Shown here: one piece after another, positions 1 through 14,211 of the stretch
Layout: each line of letters opens with the position of its first letter
How positions within the stretch are numbered: position 1 is the first letter of the stretch
DNA from: Eledone cirrhosa
Taxonomy: Eukaryota
NCBI GenBank assembly: GCA_964016885.1
Contig: OZ024742.1
Coordinates: 195,672,001-195,736,000, forward strand
DNA: 64,000 nucleotides
Direction of reading: 5' to 3'
Position numbers and translations under genes: made by a program
Notes under the pieces: generated by a model
Seen by the model: only the letters and a program-made list of their open reading frames with translations
Databases searched by the model: none
What the model was told of the DNA's origin: nothing

Positions 1-1559
1 GGAGGACCCCTAGGCTTTGTTAGGGCATTCTTCTAGGAGAAGCAACTCAGGAAACTGGCATAACTCCGATATAAAACCTGCGGCTCAGTCGTTACCGATG
101 ATGTTGATCTTTTCTTCTTTTCGGGTTATAGCTGTTGTCGCTCAGAGAGTGGGATTGGCTCAGTGCACAGTCTTTCCTCACTTTAAAAAATATCTTCACG
201 CACAGGCATTGCACGATAGAATTAATTGATAATTATTAATAATGTTATATCGTGCAATGTCCATACTCGATAACGAGGGGGCAGCCATCATGTATGTATG
301 TATGTATGAAAGAAAACTGTGATTTAAAACCTGAGACTCGATGTTAGCCAATGATATTGACCTGTTCTTTTGGGATACCTATTACTGTTGTACAGAGAGT
401 GGGATTGGTCCAGTGCAAGGCCTTTCTTCACTTACTAAACGCTTCAAGCACAGGCATCACTTGATCTAAACGTTGTTCACGTGCTTTGCGTGAACATAAC
501 TGTCTGTAGCCGAAAAAGGCTTTCTTTTTTCACCTACTGCATATGCAGAAAGGAATCTAAGTCCTTGAGGGGACTAAAAAGTCGCATTTGTGCCATCTAT
601 GCGTGATGGCAATTCTCGAAAGCGTGATACAACAATCATGTATGTATAAATGTATGCATGGTTGTATGTATGTCTATGTATGTGTGTATGTATGTCTATA
701 TGTATGTATGTATGTCAGGTTGCTCTCAGGTGTTACTGGTAACATGTAACCCAGTACAACCTGTCTCATGGTCGGGTCGTTGGCGGCTAAATCGGCAACC
801 CCACCAAGCTTGCTTGATGAGGAGGGTGATATTTGGTCACCCTGTGGGATGAAATACAAGACACGTCAAAGGGCGGAGGAGCACAGCAGAGTCAACGGCC
901 ATCCAAATAGTACTTCTTTTTTTTTTTTTCAACTGGGAGTGAAAGGCCCCCAGTTGTTGTCACAACACCTTTCTAAGAGAGGGAAACACTGGAAAAAAAC
1001 CTGCGGCTTCGGAAGCAGCCGATGATATAGACCAGTTCTCCTTTTCGAGTAGTATTTTCGATGCTCAGAGAGTAGGATTGGTCGATTGCAAGGCCTTTCC
1101 CCCCACTTAAAAAACCTTCAAAGCACAGGCATTGCCTGTTCAGTATACGTTACAGGTTTGTGTGGCTGGCCTTAGCCTAAAAGTGCACCATATTCTGTAA
1201 TCTGACAACCTATTAGAATACTCTTAGCAAAATTTGCAGCCAACATGTATGTATGTATGTATGTATGTATGTATGTATGTATGTATGTATGTATGTATGT
1301 ATGTATGTATGTATGTATGTATGTATGTTCTTCTGGTTTTATAATTTCACAAAGTTTTACCAATAGAGAGAGAGTCGGTTTCTAACATAGACACAAGACA
1401 CTCTCATTGGAATTTACACAACATCAACTCGGTAGATATGTATGTATGCATGCATGTGTAGATATGGATGTTATTGTATGTGTGGATGTGTATGTTTTGA
1501 GTTGTATGTGTGCATGTGTATATGCTTTGCATCTGTACATGTGTATATGCAGTTATTAG

Positions 1560-3185
1560 ATGCAAAACGTTTGGAATGTTTTACATATTTTTACTGTTCC
1601 ATTAATGGATTGTACTTGTAATTTCCTAACTAGTTGTGTTCTTTCTGTTCCTGTGAAGCCTAGCTTCTCAAGATTTTGAGGCAGTTACTAACATATCCCA
1701 GTGCCCCAATAATCACAGGCATAAATCTGAAGGTGTAATCAGGGTGGAGTATATGCATATTTCTCATCCGTTCTGCATAGATATTCTCCTTTTCACTAAT
1801 CTTTGATATTATATTGGCATCTGCTGGGCAGCTAATTTCCACTACTGTGCATGCTTTCTTCTCCCTATCCCATATCATAATATCTGGTCTGTTATGCCTG
1901 CATTTTATTGGGGTTTTTACTGGAACATTCCACCAGTACTCTTTCATATTATGTACATGGATGTCTTCCACATTGTTGTAGTTTTTAATGTGTTTATTAT
2001 CGGGGCTATCTTTTTTACGAACTGCATTGTACAGTGTTTTGGCCACTACATCATGCCTCATAGGTAGATAGTACCGCGATGACATCTTTGGACAGCTGCT
2101 GATGACATGGGTGATATCCTCGATGTTAGTTCTGCAGAGTCTGCCCTTGTTATCACATCTAGGTGTTTTGCCTGCATCCCTATCTCTTTTGTGAATCAGG
2201 TATTTCGTCCTAATCTCCTGTTCCTGGATTGCAAAAGCGTATCCATCAAAGTGGGAGCCAATATAGCGGTTGTTGGTCCAAGATAGACTACTTTCCTTAT
2301 CTATATTACTCTCACTCTGGAGCTTCCTGGCAACATATCCATGCATGATCTTTTGCTGATAGGCATGCAGTCTTTCATCCATGGATTCACTGCGATACTG
2401 CTGAGCGACATCCCTGGGTGTGAGTTTTTGATTATCACACAGGGAATATCTCTCAAGGAGTTCCTTCCCAACTCTCATAATCTTATGTTTCATGCAGATA
2501 GACTTGCTCGAGAGACGGGCTCCTACGCTTTGAGGTTCGTAGATGTCGGAGAGATATGATGCGACATTTAAATGTTGTCTGGACTGATGTTAGGCCTCTG
2601 CCTCCCTGCTTACGTTTCAAGTAAAAGCGGTCTATGTCACTGTTGATGTGGAAGTTTCCGGTGTTGTTCAGTATTTTTCGAGTTCCAACATCAACTGCTC
2701 AGATTTCGTCTATTGTCCAATTGAGTATTCCAAACGTTGCTGTCAGGACAAGCACAGCAAACACATTGTGAGCCACTGTTTTGTTTTGCGCAGAGAGTTC
2801 CGATGACCAGATCTTTCTTAATCGGGTGTAGTATTCCCTGGTTACGCGTTCTTTATTACAGATACCATTATAGGATATGTTCTCATCTATCCCCAGGTAT
2901 CTGTAGCAGTCCTCATCAGATATTGGTGAAACAGTTAGGCCATTGATGACATCGTTGCTAGATTGGGTTGTTGTTTTTCCCCGTTTTACAGTCATGTATG
3001 AGCATTTATCTTGGCCAAACTCCATTCCTATATCCTTTGAGAACGTTGTAACCAGGTCACGATTTTTCTTCATCCCATCCATGTTCTTGGCATACAGTTT
3101 CAGATCGTCCACAAAGAAATTATGGGTTAGGTTCGTATTTCTGTCCTCCTGTGAGCCAATGATGTATCCCTCACATTTCTTGAGC
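1560..3185 (-). mobile_element. 5'-truncated, decayed R4/Dong-like non-LTR retrotransposon (RT C-terminus, zinc knuckle, restriction-like endonuclease)
   Basis: ORF 2699-3202 has FFVDDLKLY, GMEFGQDKC and YRYLGI. ORF 1660-2493 has RLC..EDITHVISSC, RHD, RPDI..D and VVEISCP. Confidence 0.85.
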
Positions 3186-3204
3186 AAAGAGCATACATAC
3201 ATAC

Positions 3205-3235
<31 letters not shown>

Positions 3236-3699
3236 TGTATGTATGTATGTATGTATGTATGTCTCTCCGGGAGAGATGACCCCTTAGCCTTTGTCAAGGC
3301 AGAATTCTAGGAGAAGGAAAACTCTGATATAACACCTGCAACCCTGATAGTATCCAATGATGTTGACTTGCTCTTCTTTTTGGTAAATATCATCTTGGTT
3401 AAGAGAGTGGGACTGGCTTTGTGCAGTGCCTTTGCTCACTATAAAAGCTTCACGGCACAGGCATTGCTTTATGTCTGGAGATCTCTCTGCACTTGTCGTC
3501 ACATGGTACCATGGGCCCAGCACTATGTGTCAATAATTGTCACAAGTGTAGTGTTTGTACCAGAGTTTTCATGTCGCAGGCTGGACTAAAAAGTCACACT
3601 CGTTCAGCGCATTGGTAGGAGTTCTCCTAATGGATATAAAGTAGTGGCCGTACTCGAAAACGAGTTGGCAGCCACCATGTATGTATGTATGTATGTATG

Positions 3700-3730
<31 letters not shown>

Positions 3731-3919
3731 TCGCCACAGCCACATGCTGGAGCCAAGGACACCAGAAGACTCCACTGCTACGGGCTCGACCGTAAACTTG
3801 TCGGAGAGCGACTGATTAGGTTTTGTACCTATCTCTGGATTGTGTGGCCTTCAGATAATTGTCTGCCGTTTCATTTACTGCCCCCAATTCTAATTTAGAG
3901 GGGTGTTTACTTATATTAG

Positions 3920-4040
3920 TGAAGGCGTGTGGCTGATTGGTTAGAGAACAGGATTCGGAATCGTGAGGTTGTCAGTTCGATTCCCGGACCGGGTGATGCG
4001 TTATGGCTTTGAGCAAGATACTTTATTTCGCGTTGCTCTT
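3920..4040 (+). mobile_element. tRNA-derived SINE, family 2
   Basis: Pol III A box (tggctgattgg) and B box (gttcgattcc), followed by ttgagcaagatactttatttc. A reverse copy lies at 25865-25990. Confidence 0.75.
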
Positions 4041-5940
4041 CTCCCAGGAGTTGCGACCGATAGATTGTATTAGCAATTGGAAAGACTAACGGAAGCATTG
4101 TTTCCTCAGTCCGATTTGAAAAAGTCGATTGACAAATTATTACTTATATTAGTATAGTAAGGCCTGCCACTGAAACTAAGGTTGTGTACCTGTTGAAACT
4201 TATCATTCCAGCTCACTTGTAAAGTGCCCACAAGTTTTCAGTGTTCTCTTTATACAGTAGACATATGGATGTCTATATTTTTAGTTGTTGGAGATTTATT
4301 ATATAAAAAAGGAAATTTAAATAAAAGAAAATAGGAAAATATAGAGAAAAAAGAGAAAAAGAAAGAAAAAATGGTAAGGGGAGGGGATGGCAAGAACTCT
4401 AGTGTCGCAGAAGAGAAGAGCTAAGTTGTTCGTATGTTGTTTACTGCTAGATTTAGCTGACCATTCTGTCGGTCCATCAGTGGAAGTGGGATCGTTATCT
4501 TGTAGCGCCAGGCTGCTCTGAATCAGATCGAATTTGTAGCGCCAGGCTGCTCTGAATCAGATAGTTCGGTTAGATGTATCAATTTACATCTAATGATAAG
4601 CTTTGCTTATTCATTTAAATGTCCGGTGGAGGAGACGGTGCCTTATGCTGATTGCTTGAGACTCAACAGATGTTTTGAATGTGTGTGAGAGAGAGGGAAA
4701 AGATGTTTAGTGATAGATAAAAAGAGAGACCATTGCTTTTTAAAAATGTATACTACATAGTTGTAGATTTATGCGAATAAGTTAGCTATCTCTGAGAGTT
4801 CTCTTTGTTAAATTTTAATAGCCTTTTCTCCTACTTTCCTATACTGCCAGATCTGCCCTTCTTTATCACTTCTCCTCTCAGTTCGTTGCTTAGTTTTGTT
4901 TCTTTTTCTCTCATATTTCCATCAATATCTGTAATGTATCTCTTATTTATTTATGGTTATATCATGTAAGTAGAGTTTAATAGAAAAAAAAAATTTAGAT
5001 TGAGAAGAAAGAATGGAATGTAAAATAGGAAAATATAAAGAAAAGAAAAAACGGAAAAGGGAGGGAATGCCAAGGACTCTAGTGTTACAGAAGAATGGGG
5101 GAGGTTGATTGGACTCTGGGCCTAGGGCGTGGTGGTAATGGGGCTGCACCCCACGGACAAGACCACAAAAGATTCCCGCGAACGATGGCCAGCGACTCCC
5201 GCTGCATGCAACTGTGAATTGATTTATTGTCTCTAATTTTATTTTAAGTAAAATTATTTCAGCTTAACTCAGGGGTGTGCAGCATATTCCATTGGCGGGC
5301 CACTTTTGAACATTGGAACAACTATTAGGGCCATTAATATTTATTAAGCACTATTCCAAAGATTCACCACAACTTCTTTCTATAACCCTATCAGTGAAGC
5401 CCTTTAGTATAGGTCAACTAACAGAATATTGTATTACGGTTACGAAAAAAATTATAAATAAGCCTACGAGGTAAAAATTAAAACTAGTCATCGCCGGCCA
5501 CTCTGACTGGTCTGGTGGGCTTAAGTAAATGGAAAATGTGATAAAAACTGTACAATATACATGGCAATAAGGAAACCAAAAAAAAGAACGATAAAGAAGA
5601 AAAAGAGTAAGAAAAAAGAATTAAGCTACGAAAGAAAGGGAGGGGGGAATGGAGCAACATACTCTACACCCCAGTCTGAACGGTGTTTCAGCAGCGCCCA
5701 GCAGATAAAATGGCAAAGGCATTGCCGCGGAGAATGGCCGGCAACAGCCATCCCACTTCACAGAGTACCTTCCTCAGGCGAGTTGCTCTCTTTCCGATTT
5801 TACGCAGGAAAAGACAGAACACATGTGGTCTCGATGGCGACCGGTACGAAAAGGAAGCAGTTGGTCATCAAACTTTGGTGGTGGAGGGGTTCAGATTGCA
5901 TGTGTGCTTCATATAAATCTCTGTAAGGAGTTTAGCTCCT

Positions 5941-6125
5941 GGACTGGCAGTATCGGTAGGGGGTCTGACGCCATGCTCTGCAGCAAAGCGTTACGGCCCT
6001 TTATGGTCTGAGTTAAAATCCCGCTGAGGTTAACTTTGCCTTTCATCCTTACGGGGTCGATAAAATAAAGTACCAGTAATACACTGGGATAATTGCTGGC
6101 CTTGTACCAATAATTGAAACAATAA
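5941..6125 (+). mobile_element. tRNA-derived SINE, family 1 (octopus-type)
   Basis: Degenerate A/B boxes plus the conserved body gcctttcatccttacggggtcgataaaataaagtaccagt, which recurs more than 10 times in the window. Confidence 0.85.
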
Positions 6126-6777
6126 TTGTAGTTAAGATAAGTTTAGCCATGATTTTGTCTATTCATTAGTATTTTCATTAAAATAGACAATGATCATTTT
6201 AAAAACTTTTGAGAAAACGATGTCAGAATTAAATTCAAATTTGTTCAGTTTTCTTTTAATTCTACATTTGTATTTAAACGTTCACGTTTGTGTCACGTTG
6301 TGAATTGTTTTGAAGCATTACGCCATGTTTGTTTTTATAAATGTTACAATATACTCTCAGATGACAAATAATAGGGGAGAGAATAAGCATGGGTGTTTGG
6401 AATAAGCGGGAGTGGAGGTGGAACAAGCGGCGTGGAAATCGTTAATTTTTCTAAATTGTCTCCGTTGAATTTTTACAAAAACCAGAACTAGTGCTTTAGT
6501 AACATATCATAGGTGTATATCTAAATGTATGTAAATGTAATCTGAGTTTTCCGAATATCAATAATAATATTCGATTCGTTTGCAATTATGCAAACAGGCT
6601 CTTTTATAAGCCATGTCAGTAGAATGAGCCTCCCACAGAACTGCAGACATTAGTGTGTCTGGGTGATTGCCCTTCATCAGTGCAGTTTATCTACCAAATG
6701 ACAGAGCTAGTGAAAATATATGATACTTTCTGAAATATACAGTGACTAATCGTATGCATGTAATTATGTATTTTTTC

Positions 6778-6867
<90 letters not shown>

Positions 6868-7499
6868 AGCGAGAGACTCCTAGTCTTCATTAAGACAAAT
6901 CTCTAGGAGAAGGTCACTCTGATATAAAACATCCAATGATGTAGACCAGTTCTTCTTTTTGGACAAATACATTCGATGTTCAGAGAGTGGGATTGGCTCC
7001 GTCCAAAGCCTTTCCTCGCTTAAAAGAGCTTCAAGCACAGGCATCGCTTGATATGTGACATTTGTTGCGATGCCTGGTATTGCTGACCATAGGCAAGTTC
7101 CTAACAGGACAAAAAAAAAGCCAAGTCCGTGATGCTCATGCATAAGTATCAAGCGATGGCATTACTAGAAATGTATGTATGTAGAAGGAACTCATAAGAC
7201 TCAATGCAATGACCATCCAATAGTGTGTAAGTATGTATATATTGTGTGCGTGTGTGGGATATATTGCGCACTTATCTGTGTGTGCATATATATGTATTTG
7301 ATCAAAAAAAATTCTTAAAAACTTTAAATTATTTCTTAATCCCTTACAACCTTTTAAAAAAACTTTAAAAACTTTAAAATAATTATTTTTAAATATACTT
7401 TTTTTATTTTTTTTATAACTCTTTTAACATTTTAACTTTCAAATGGGATCAAAGTCCCTGGACTATGTTTATGAAAAAGTCAGCGAATTATTGCAAATT

Positions 7500-9110
7500 A
7501 TTTATAGGCGTGTGACCCGCAGATGGGTAACAAGAAAATCTACTCGAAGTGAAGGACCTCGAGCTGTTGTGACAGTATCTTTCTAAAAGAGGGAAACTTT
7601 GAAAGAAAGCCTGCGGTTGATGTGATTACTGGTTATCTGGCTCAGACTTGTCACCAGACAATAATCACTGAAACTTAGAGAATGGTTCTCGTGTAGTTCA
7701 AGGGTTTGCCACTATAATCTAATGATGTACAGATGTCTCTTTTGTGATCTTCTCATGTCATTTTATCTGCTGAAAATCCTATGGCGATGGAGAAGTGGTG
7801 ACGTGTGCATACCCGACCAGTTGGACGCACACAGTTGCAAATCTGCACATAGTCGGCAGGGGTCTTATCATAATAGCGTTTTTGTGTTTTACTGTGACAG
7901 GGGCTACCTCCGATGGAGACTCCTATGTCTGAGCAGCCCTATTAGGGAGAGCACTGCTCACCCAAATTCTTGGAAAGGTGCTAGAAAAGGTGCATTGAAA
8001 ATTACTGAAGCATATATTGAACCAAATATAATGGTACATGTAACTAGGTTGGATGTAGTTGACACTTTTGTTTATCTGGGCAGTGTATTATCGAGAGATG
8101 GTTCCCTGGATGCAGAAATACACCCGCGCATTCAGAAGGCCTCTGTAACTTTCGAAAAACTTAAAAAGGGAGTATGGGTGGATCATGACATCAATATTAG
8201 TGTGTACCAAGATTAGTGTGTACAAGGCTTGCATACTGAGTGCTCTGTTGTACTCTTCGGAAACGTAAACAGTTCATCGTGGACAACTTAATTTGCTTGA
8301 ACACTTTAATCAAGTGTTTCGGACGAATCCTAAACATTAAATGGCAACAAAAAAATACCTGACACACAACTCCTTATAGATGCTGATTGCATGATCATTG
8401 AATCTGCCTTCATATCCTTTCAAATGCACGGGATAGGCCATGTTGTGCGCATGAACGAGGAAAGGCTCCCAAAACAACTATTGTTACGCCTCGGTACAAA
8501 CCAAGAAAAAGATATAAAGATTTCATAAAAAACAAGATCCACAGTTTGAAGTTCAGAACTGGGAGATGCTTGCTTTATAGAGGGTTTAATGGAGAGGACA
8601 TGTGAAGGAATGCTGCAGAATGTTTGAAGAGAGAGACGTCTTGACCATGCTTCGAAAAAGCAAAATTATGAACCTCAATAAGAACACAGGGAGCTTGAGT
8701 TGTGAAGTGTGTAGTCGTCTACTGCTCTCTAAATCTGGGCAGATCCCTCATTTAAAATCACATGAAAAGCCAACTCTATGCAGCACTATCCCTCCAGTAC
8801 TAGGTGAGACAACATGTGTGGTGTGGAAAAGAATCTGCAAATCATTCTCTGGTCTTAAAAGGCATATGAGGCTACATAAGGATGGCATCCCATAAACTGA
8901 CCCAATCAACCCACTAGAGGGCACATCATTTGTCTGTCAGATTTGCTGCAGACTGCAAATCAGCAGCTGAACTTTAAAACCACTTAAGAAGCCATGACCG
9001 GACGTCTGGAGATGGTGATGGTTGGTGGGGATGCATAGAGAGACGGCAATCATCTGCAAAGATGAAGCAATCACCATGTATAATTGTATGTATTGCCTAC
9101 GTATGTATTA
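7500..9110 (+). mobile_element. Decayed RTE-clade LINE fragment with C-terminal C2H2-like zinc fingers
   Basis: RT thumb motif VVDTFVYLGSVLSRDGSLDAEIHPRIQKAS; downstream CEVC..H..H motifs; multiple stops and frameshifts; ATGT-like tail. Confidence 0.75.
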
Positions 9111-9764
9111 AGTAAAAAGTACCATAGAACAACACACTACAATATAAAAAGTTACCTTCATTGTAAGGTAGATGCATATCGAAAAGAGAATGTTTAGGAG
9201 AGAGAACTATGTCGGAAGAGAAAAAATATGAAAATGGGTAGTTGTCAGATATCTTGTAATAATATACATGTGTGTGTGTGTGTGTGTGCGTGCGTACGTG
9301 TGCGTGCGTGTGTGTGTGTGTGTTTGTGTGTGTGTTGTACTTCAATTATCCCATCAGTACAGGATAAATGGAACAAATTGAACACGTTGAGTGTTGTTGA
9401 AATTTGGTGAGGTGCGGGATAAAAAATGTATAATGATATTAAACGTAATACAATATAGACAAGGGATGGTGTATGGAAGACTGACATACAGACAGACATG
9501 TAGTCAGACAAATTGGGAAAATGACAGAGGACAGGCTATAGACACACGACAGAAGACAGACAGACACATATTGATAGTCAGACAGACAGACAGACAGACA
9601 GTCAGGCAGAGAGACAGGCAGAGAGACTGACAGACAGACAGGCAGAGAGACTGGCAGACAGACATACATGCCACAGACGACGAACAGAGAGAGAGAGCAG
9701 ACGGTAAATAAATATAGGGAATTAATAAAATATAGAGAACAAAATAGAACGAAGATATACGTAC

Positions 9765-10389
9765 ACATGAGAATCTGCAGTCGCACGATATCTGAAACAT
9801 GTTCATTTAGTTTAATAAATTGGTTAAAAACAGTGTGTAATGTTTTCCTGTACACAATTCTAATGTCTTTTACATCTTTTAGTACTTTTTCCCACCAAAT
9901 CCCTATAGGGGTTTGGTCACCAACTATGTAGATATTAACATTGGGTATCACTCGTCGTATGCTCAATATGCTCATATAGTTCAAAAGTGAAAATGTGTAT
10001 TTACCGTAAACTACGTAAAAGGCATTTCGAGGGACAAGATTTCGTTTCGTTTCGATCAGTGATTGTATACATTCACTGCTGTTAGCTTTCAAGCCACGCT
10101 TAGAAGCCATCTGTGTTTGGTACATCCAGCAAAGTAAATCAATTCGTTCCAATGGTCCATCGAATCCAAAGAGAGAGAAGGTTTTATCGCTTGTTTCTAT
10201 CATTTCCAACAATCTTTCTATTGTGGAATTCCTGTAACATGTCTCCTTTCTGTCGATTACTGATCTGTCGTTGTAAACGCTATATCTTCTCTCATTGTTG
10301 TTATCTGTAATATAAATGACAAGCAATGTAATCCCTATTAAACAAAATATTATAGAGAGTAAAAGGCGATGTTTCAATGTTGTTCTCAT
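9765..10389 (-). CDS. First coding exon of GT32-like (DxD / alpha-1,4-glycosyltransferase-like) paralog 1; second exon not found in window
   Basis: N-terminal TM anchor and the motif HVSDIVRLQIL. The 625-nt exon ends at a phase-1 donor (ATG T|gtacgt). It is about 90% identical at protein level to 52101-52725. Confidence 0.8.
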
Positions 10390-10874
10390 TCTGATCCTTT
10401 TTGCACATCCATTTCAGGTGCAATACTATCTGCTGGTGAAATATGTTTATATAGGTTTATATATGAATATCCGTGTATTTGTGTATGTGAATATAGACTA
10501 GGGTGTGTGTGAGTGTGTGTGTGAGTGAAAGGAAGATTGTGTGCGTTGTATAATTGATTTTTATTGACATAAGCATAGAAAGTGAATCTAACGTGAGGAA
10601 GGGGAGGGTTTACATAAGTATGGTGGAGGTGGAGAGAATTGGGGTGGTGATGATGGTGGTGATGATGATGATGGTGGTGGCGGCGTTGTTGTTGTTGGTG
10701 GTGTTGGTGGTGATGGTGGTGGTGGCGGCGTTGTTGTTGTTGGTGGTGGTACGATGGTGGCAGTGTTGGTGGAGGTGATGTGGTGTTTTGGGAGCAGATA
10801 ACAATAACAACAATCACAATAACAACAACAATACTAACAATAACAACAACAATACCAACAATAACAATAACTGT

Positions 10875-11091
10875 TTTTAATTTAGGCACAAGGCCAACAA
10901 TGTTTTGGGGAAGGGAAAGTCAGTCGATTAAATCGATCCAGTGCATTACTGGTACTTTATTTTATCGACCCCGTATGGATGAAAGGCAAAGCTAACCTCG
11001 GCGGGATTTGAACTCAGATCGTAAATGGCCGCAACTCTCTGCTGTTAAGCAGAGTGTCCAACGCTCTACCGACACTGCCAATCCACTGCCA
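10875..11091 (-). mobile_element. SINE family 1 copy
   Basis: Reverse complement of the family 1 body and tRNA-like head. Confidence 0.85.
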
Positions 11092-11149
11092 ATAACAATA
11101 ACAACAACAATACCAATATCATCAACAACAACAATAACATTCGTGAAGA

Positions 11150-13630
11150 TGTCACACCCATTGTACTGTTGACACGTTACAACTCAGTCTCTGACACAAT
11201 TATAGTACATATGACTCGAACAGAGACAGACGGAGTTCCTGCTGGCCCCCACACACAGGCTGTTCATGGGACAAGCAATACTCCTCCCAACAAGAGGCGA
11301 GAATGTCCTGGATCTCTGCTTTACAAATAACGCAGGGTTCATCCACAATGTAAAGGTGACGATTTTCTGATCATAACTTAGTAGAACTAATGAAATATGG
11401 TCTGAGAAGGCCAGCAGAGATGCAACCATTAAGAAGCACCGGGAATTTATCCAGCCTAAAAACTTTTACAAGGCCAACTGGAAAAAGATCAAGGAAGAGA
11501 TCCTAAAGCAAAACTGGAGCGACGACATCACCACATAATAAAAACAATAAAAACTATATACCACATAATGACAACAATAAAAACTATATACCATAAGTTT
11601 GTCCCGGAGAAAAAGGCCAACGGACACAAAACTCTTATTCCCAGAGACGGGAAAATCCTTATGAGACGAAGAACTAAGCTCTCAAACCAGTTAGATGCAC
11701 AACAGAAGAACAAGAAGGAATCATATCTGAAAGAGGCACTACTTGAAATTGAAACTGCACTGAAACTTTTGAATGAGAAGGAGAGGACAGAGCGAGAAGT
11801 CAGAGACAGAAAATATTAAAACAAACCCTAAGGCCCTCTTTAAATTTGCAAAAGAAACTGCCTCGGTACACTGCACGATTGGGCCACTCTTCCATAAAAA
11901 TGGTTCATTAACCGAAGTTCCCCAAGGGATAAGTGAAATATAGAATGTACAGTACAAAAGTGTGTTCTCACCCCTAATGAGACACATGCAAATAACAAAG
12001 CTAGAGGATTTCTTTGATGCCACAACACTCCACGAGGAAATGGCGACCATCAACCATATAGACATAACGGAGGTAGATGTGATATCCGCCATAGAAGAAA
12101 TTAGAACAGACTCAGCTGCTGGACCTGATGGATTCCCAGTAGTCCTACTGAAAACATGTAAGAGTGCCTTACCAAGACCACTGAAGATCCTCTTCAGAAC
12201 TTCTTTGGCTAGAGGCAAACTACCTAGAGAGCTAAAAGAAGGCACAATATCCCTATCCATAAAGGAGGGAGCAGAGAGGTGGCTAAAATCTACAGTCTCC
12301 CTGACGTCACATATCAGTATGGTCGTGGAACGAATCATCAGAAAGAAATTGAAACGTTCCTCGAGGACAATGACCGCCTAACTAGTACACAGCATGTCTT
12401 TCTCCCAGGAAGTACCTGCCTTACACAGCTGTTACATCACTATGACTGGGTATTGAAACAACTGCTGGACAGCTTACATGTGGACTTGATATATCTTGAC
12501 TTTGCGAAGGCTTTTGACAAGGTCGACAACGGAATAATCAGTCATAAACTACACAGACTCGGCATGACTGGAAAAGTAAGTGACTGGCTGCATGATTTCT
12601 TAAAAGACAGAAGCCAGACAGTTGCATCCAATGGGGCCTTCTCAAAGGAAATATCAATAACAAGTGGAGTTCCCCAGGGAACAGTCTTGTGACCACTACT
12701 CTTTTTGGTGGCTCTCTCAGACCTGCCCTCTGTAGTACATACAACATCCCTCACTAGCTATGCTGATGACAAAAGGTTTGAACAGGCAATTAAAAACCTG
12801 ACTGATGCGGACCTTTTACTACAAGATCTGGATGCCATACACAAATGGGCTGAGGACAACAACGTGCAGTTTAATGCTGGAATATGTCAAGCCCTACAAT
12901 ACGAACCTGCTAACACAAAGACAGAACAACACAACTACACCGGACGACTCACTGGCTGGATCTTAAGGACTTTCTGGACAAGAAACCGAGAGACCATGTT
13001 GATACTATGGAGGACATTTGTTCTAAGCCGACTGAACTACTGCTCCTAACATTGGTCACCCCATAGTATCAAACTAACCACGGAGCTTGAGGCAATACAA
13101 CGAAGCTACACCAAGAGGATTGCCACGATGAAGGAGATGCGCTACTGGGAGAAGCTGAAAGATCTGAAACTCTACTACTTCGAATGAAGACGGGAGAGCT
13201 ACGCAGTGATATATGGAAAATCCTGGAAGGACTAGCACCAAAGTTTGGCATTAAGAGCTGGACCTGCCCCCGAACAGGACGTCACTGTGTGATGCCAAAG
13301 GTCCCGTCTTTCACGTCTAGAATAAGGAGCAGATATTGAAATAGCTTGAGGTTCAAAGGCCTTCAACACTTCAACTAACTGCCAAGAAATTTGAGAGATC
13401 TGCATGGTGTGAACGTAGATGTTTTCAATAAACATCTTCACACTCTGCTATCCAGGATCCATCATGAGAACACATCACGGTACGAAGATAACATAAGGGG
13501 AGCAGCAATGAACTATCTCTTACACCAATGACCAGCCAACACAGGCTGGAGATAAAACGTGTAGCAACAAGGGTGGTGCCTCAGCATGGCCTCAGGTGGA
13601 TGGTTCGAACATGTAAAAGAGTAAAAGAAT
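11150..13630 (+). mobile_element. Decayed CR1/L2-group LINE ORF2 with 3' end
   Basis: Motifs SAAGPDGFP, VDLIYLDFAKAFDKVD, SGVPQGTVL, YADD and SRLNYCS; many frameshifts. The 3' end (gtgcctcagcatggcc...gtaaaagagtaa) also occurs reversed at 47470-47527. Confidence 0.85.
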
Positions 13631-13829
13631 ATAACAACAATACCAATAACAACAACAACAACAACTATATCAATAACTCCAACAATTCCATTGATAACAA
13701 GAATACCAATAACAACAACAATAGCAATAACAACAGTAACAACGTCAAAAAACACAACAACAACAGCAACAACAATAGCAGCAACAATACGTCTTGGGAG
13801 AAGTGAGAAACAGGAAAAAATATTTAGCA

Positions 13830-14170
13830 ACAGGGAGGATAACTATAAGAATACCTTCAATGGTGTCCCAGGCTCTTACATCCAACAGTGTTACCAAATA
13901 TTCAGTGTTACAGACAACATCGCAGGATTACTAAGAAATAGTATAACAAGTTGGAAAACAGAGTTTACATTAGGAGATGTGGTACTAGTAGATATTAGCA
14001 TCAAAAGAGGGATTTCACAAGAGGATACGGTCTCATCATTGCTGTTTGTTGTGGTTTTGATTCTACTAACCTTAGTTATCAGAAAAACAAATTCTTCTTA
14101 TAACTTTAGCAATGGTGGGATAATAAATTACCTGAATTTATATCAATGATCTGAAATCGTTTGCTAAATG
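13830..14170 (+). mobile_element. R4-like RT fragment (copy 1)
   Basis: IKRGISQEDTVSSLLFVVVL is a degenerate IKRGIFQGDSLSPLLF motif. Near-identical to 24720-25036. Confidence 0.7.
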
Positions 14171-14211
14171 TGAGAGGCCAAAAAAAGACAGTGGGATGAT
14201 CTTAATTATTT

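Larger units (their letters stand above)
1..7180 (+). repeat. Five diverged copies of an interspersed repeat with (ATGT)n tail (about 1-310, 320-715, 890-1150, 3260-3730, 6870-7180); probably non-autonomous RTE-LINE derivatives
   Basis: All copies share cagagagtgggattgg...gccttt.ctcactt.aaa..gcttcaagcacaggcat, and most end in (ATGT)n. 935-1010 resembles 7550-7620, upstream of the RTE fragment. Confidence 0.6.

Noticed and set aside
3920-3995. tRNA gene
   Set aside because: A and B boxes are present, but the sequence continues into a SINE body and has no full cloverleaf.
9439-9764. C-terminal extension of the 316-aa ORF
   Set aside because: Read-through past the GT donor into intronic (GACA)n sequence.
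10610-10889. His/Gln-rich ORF upstream of paralog 1
   Set aside because: Trinucleotide microsatellite and SINE-tail sequence, not conserved in paralog 2.
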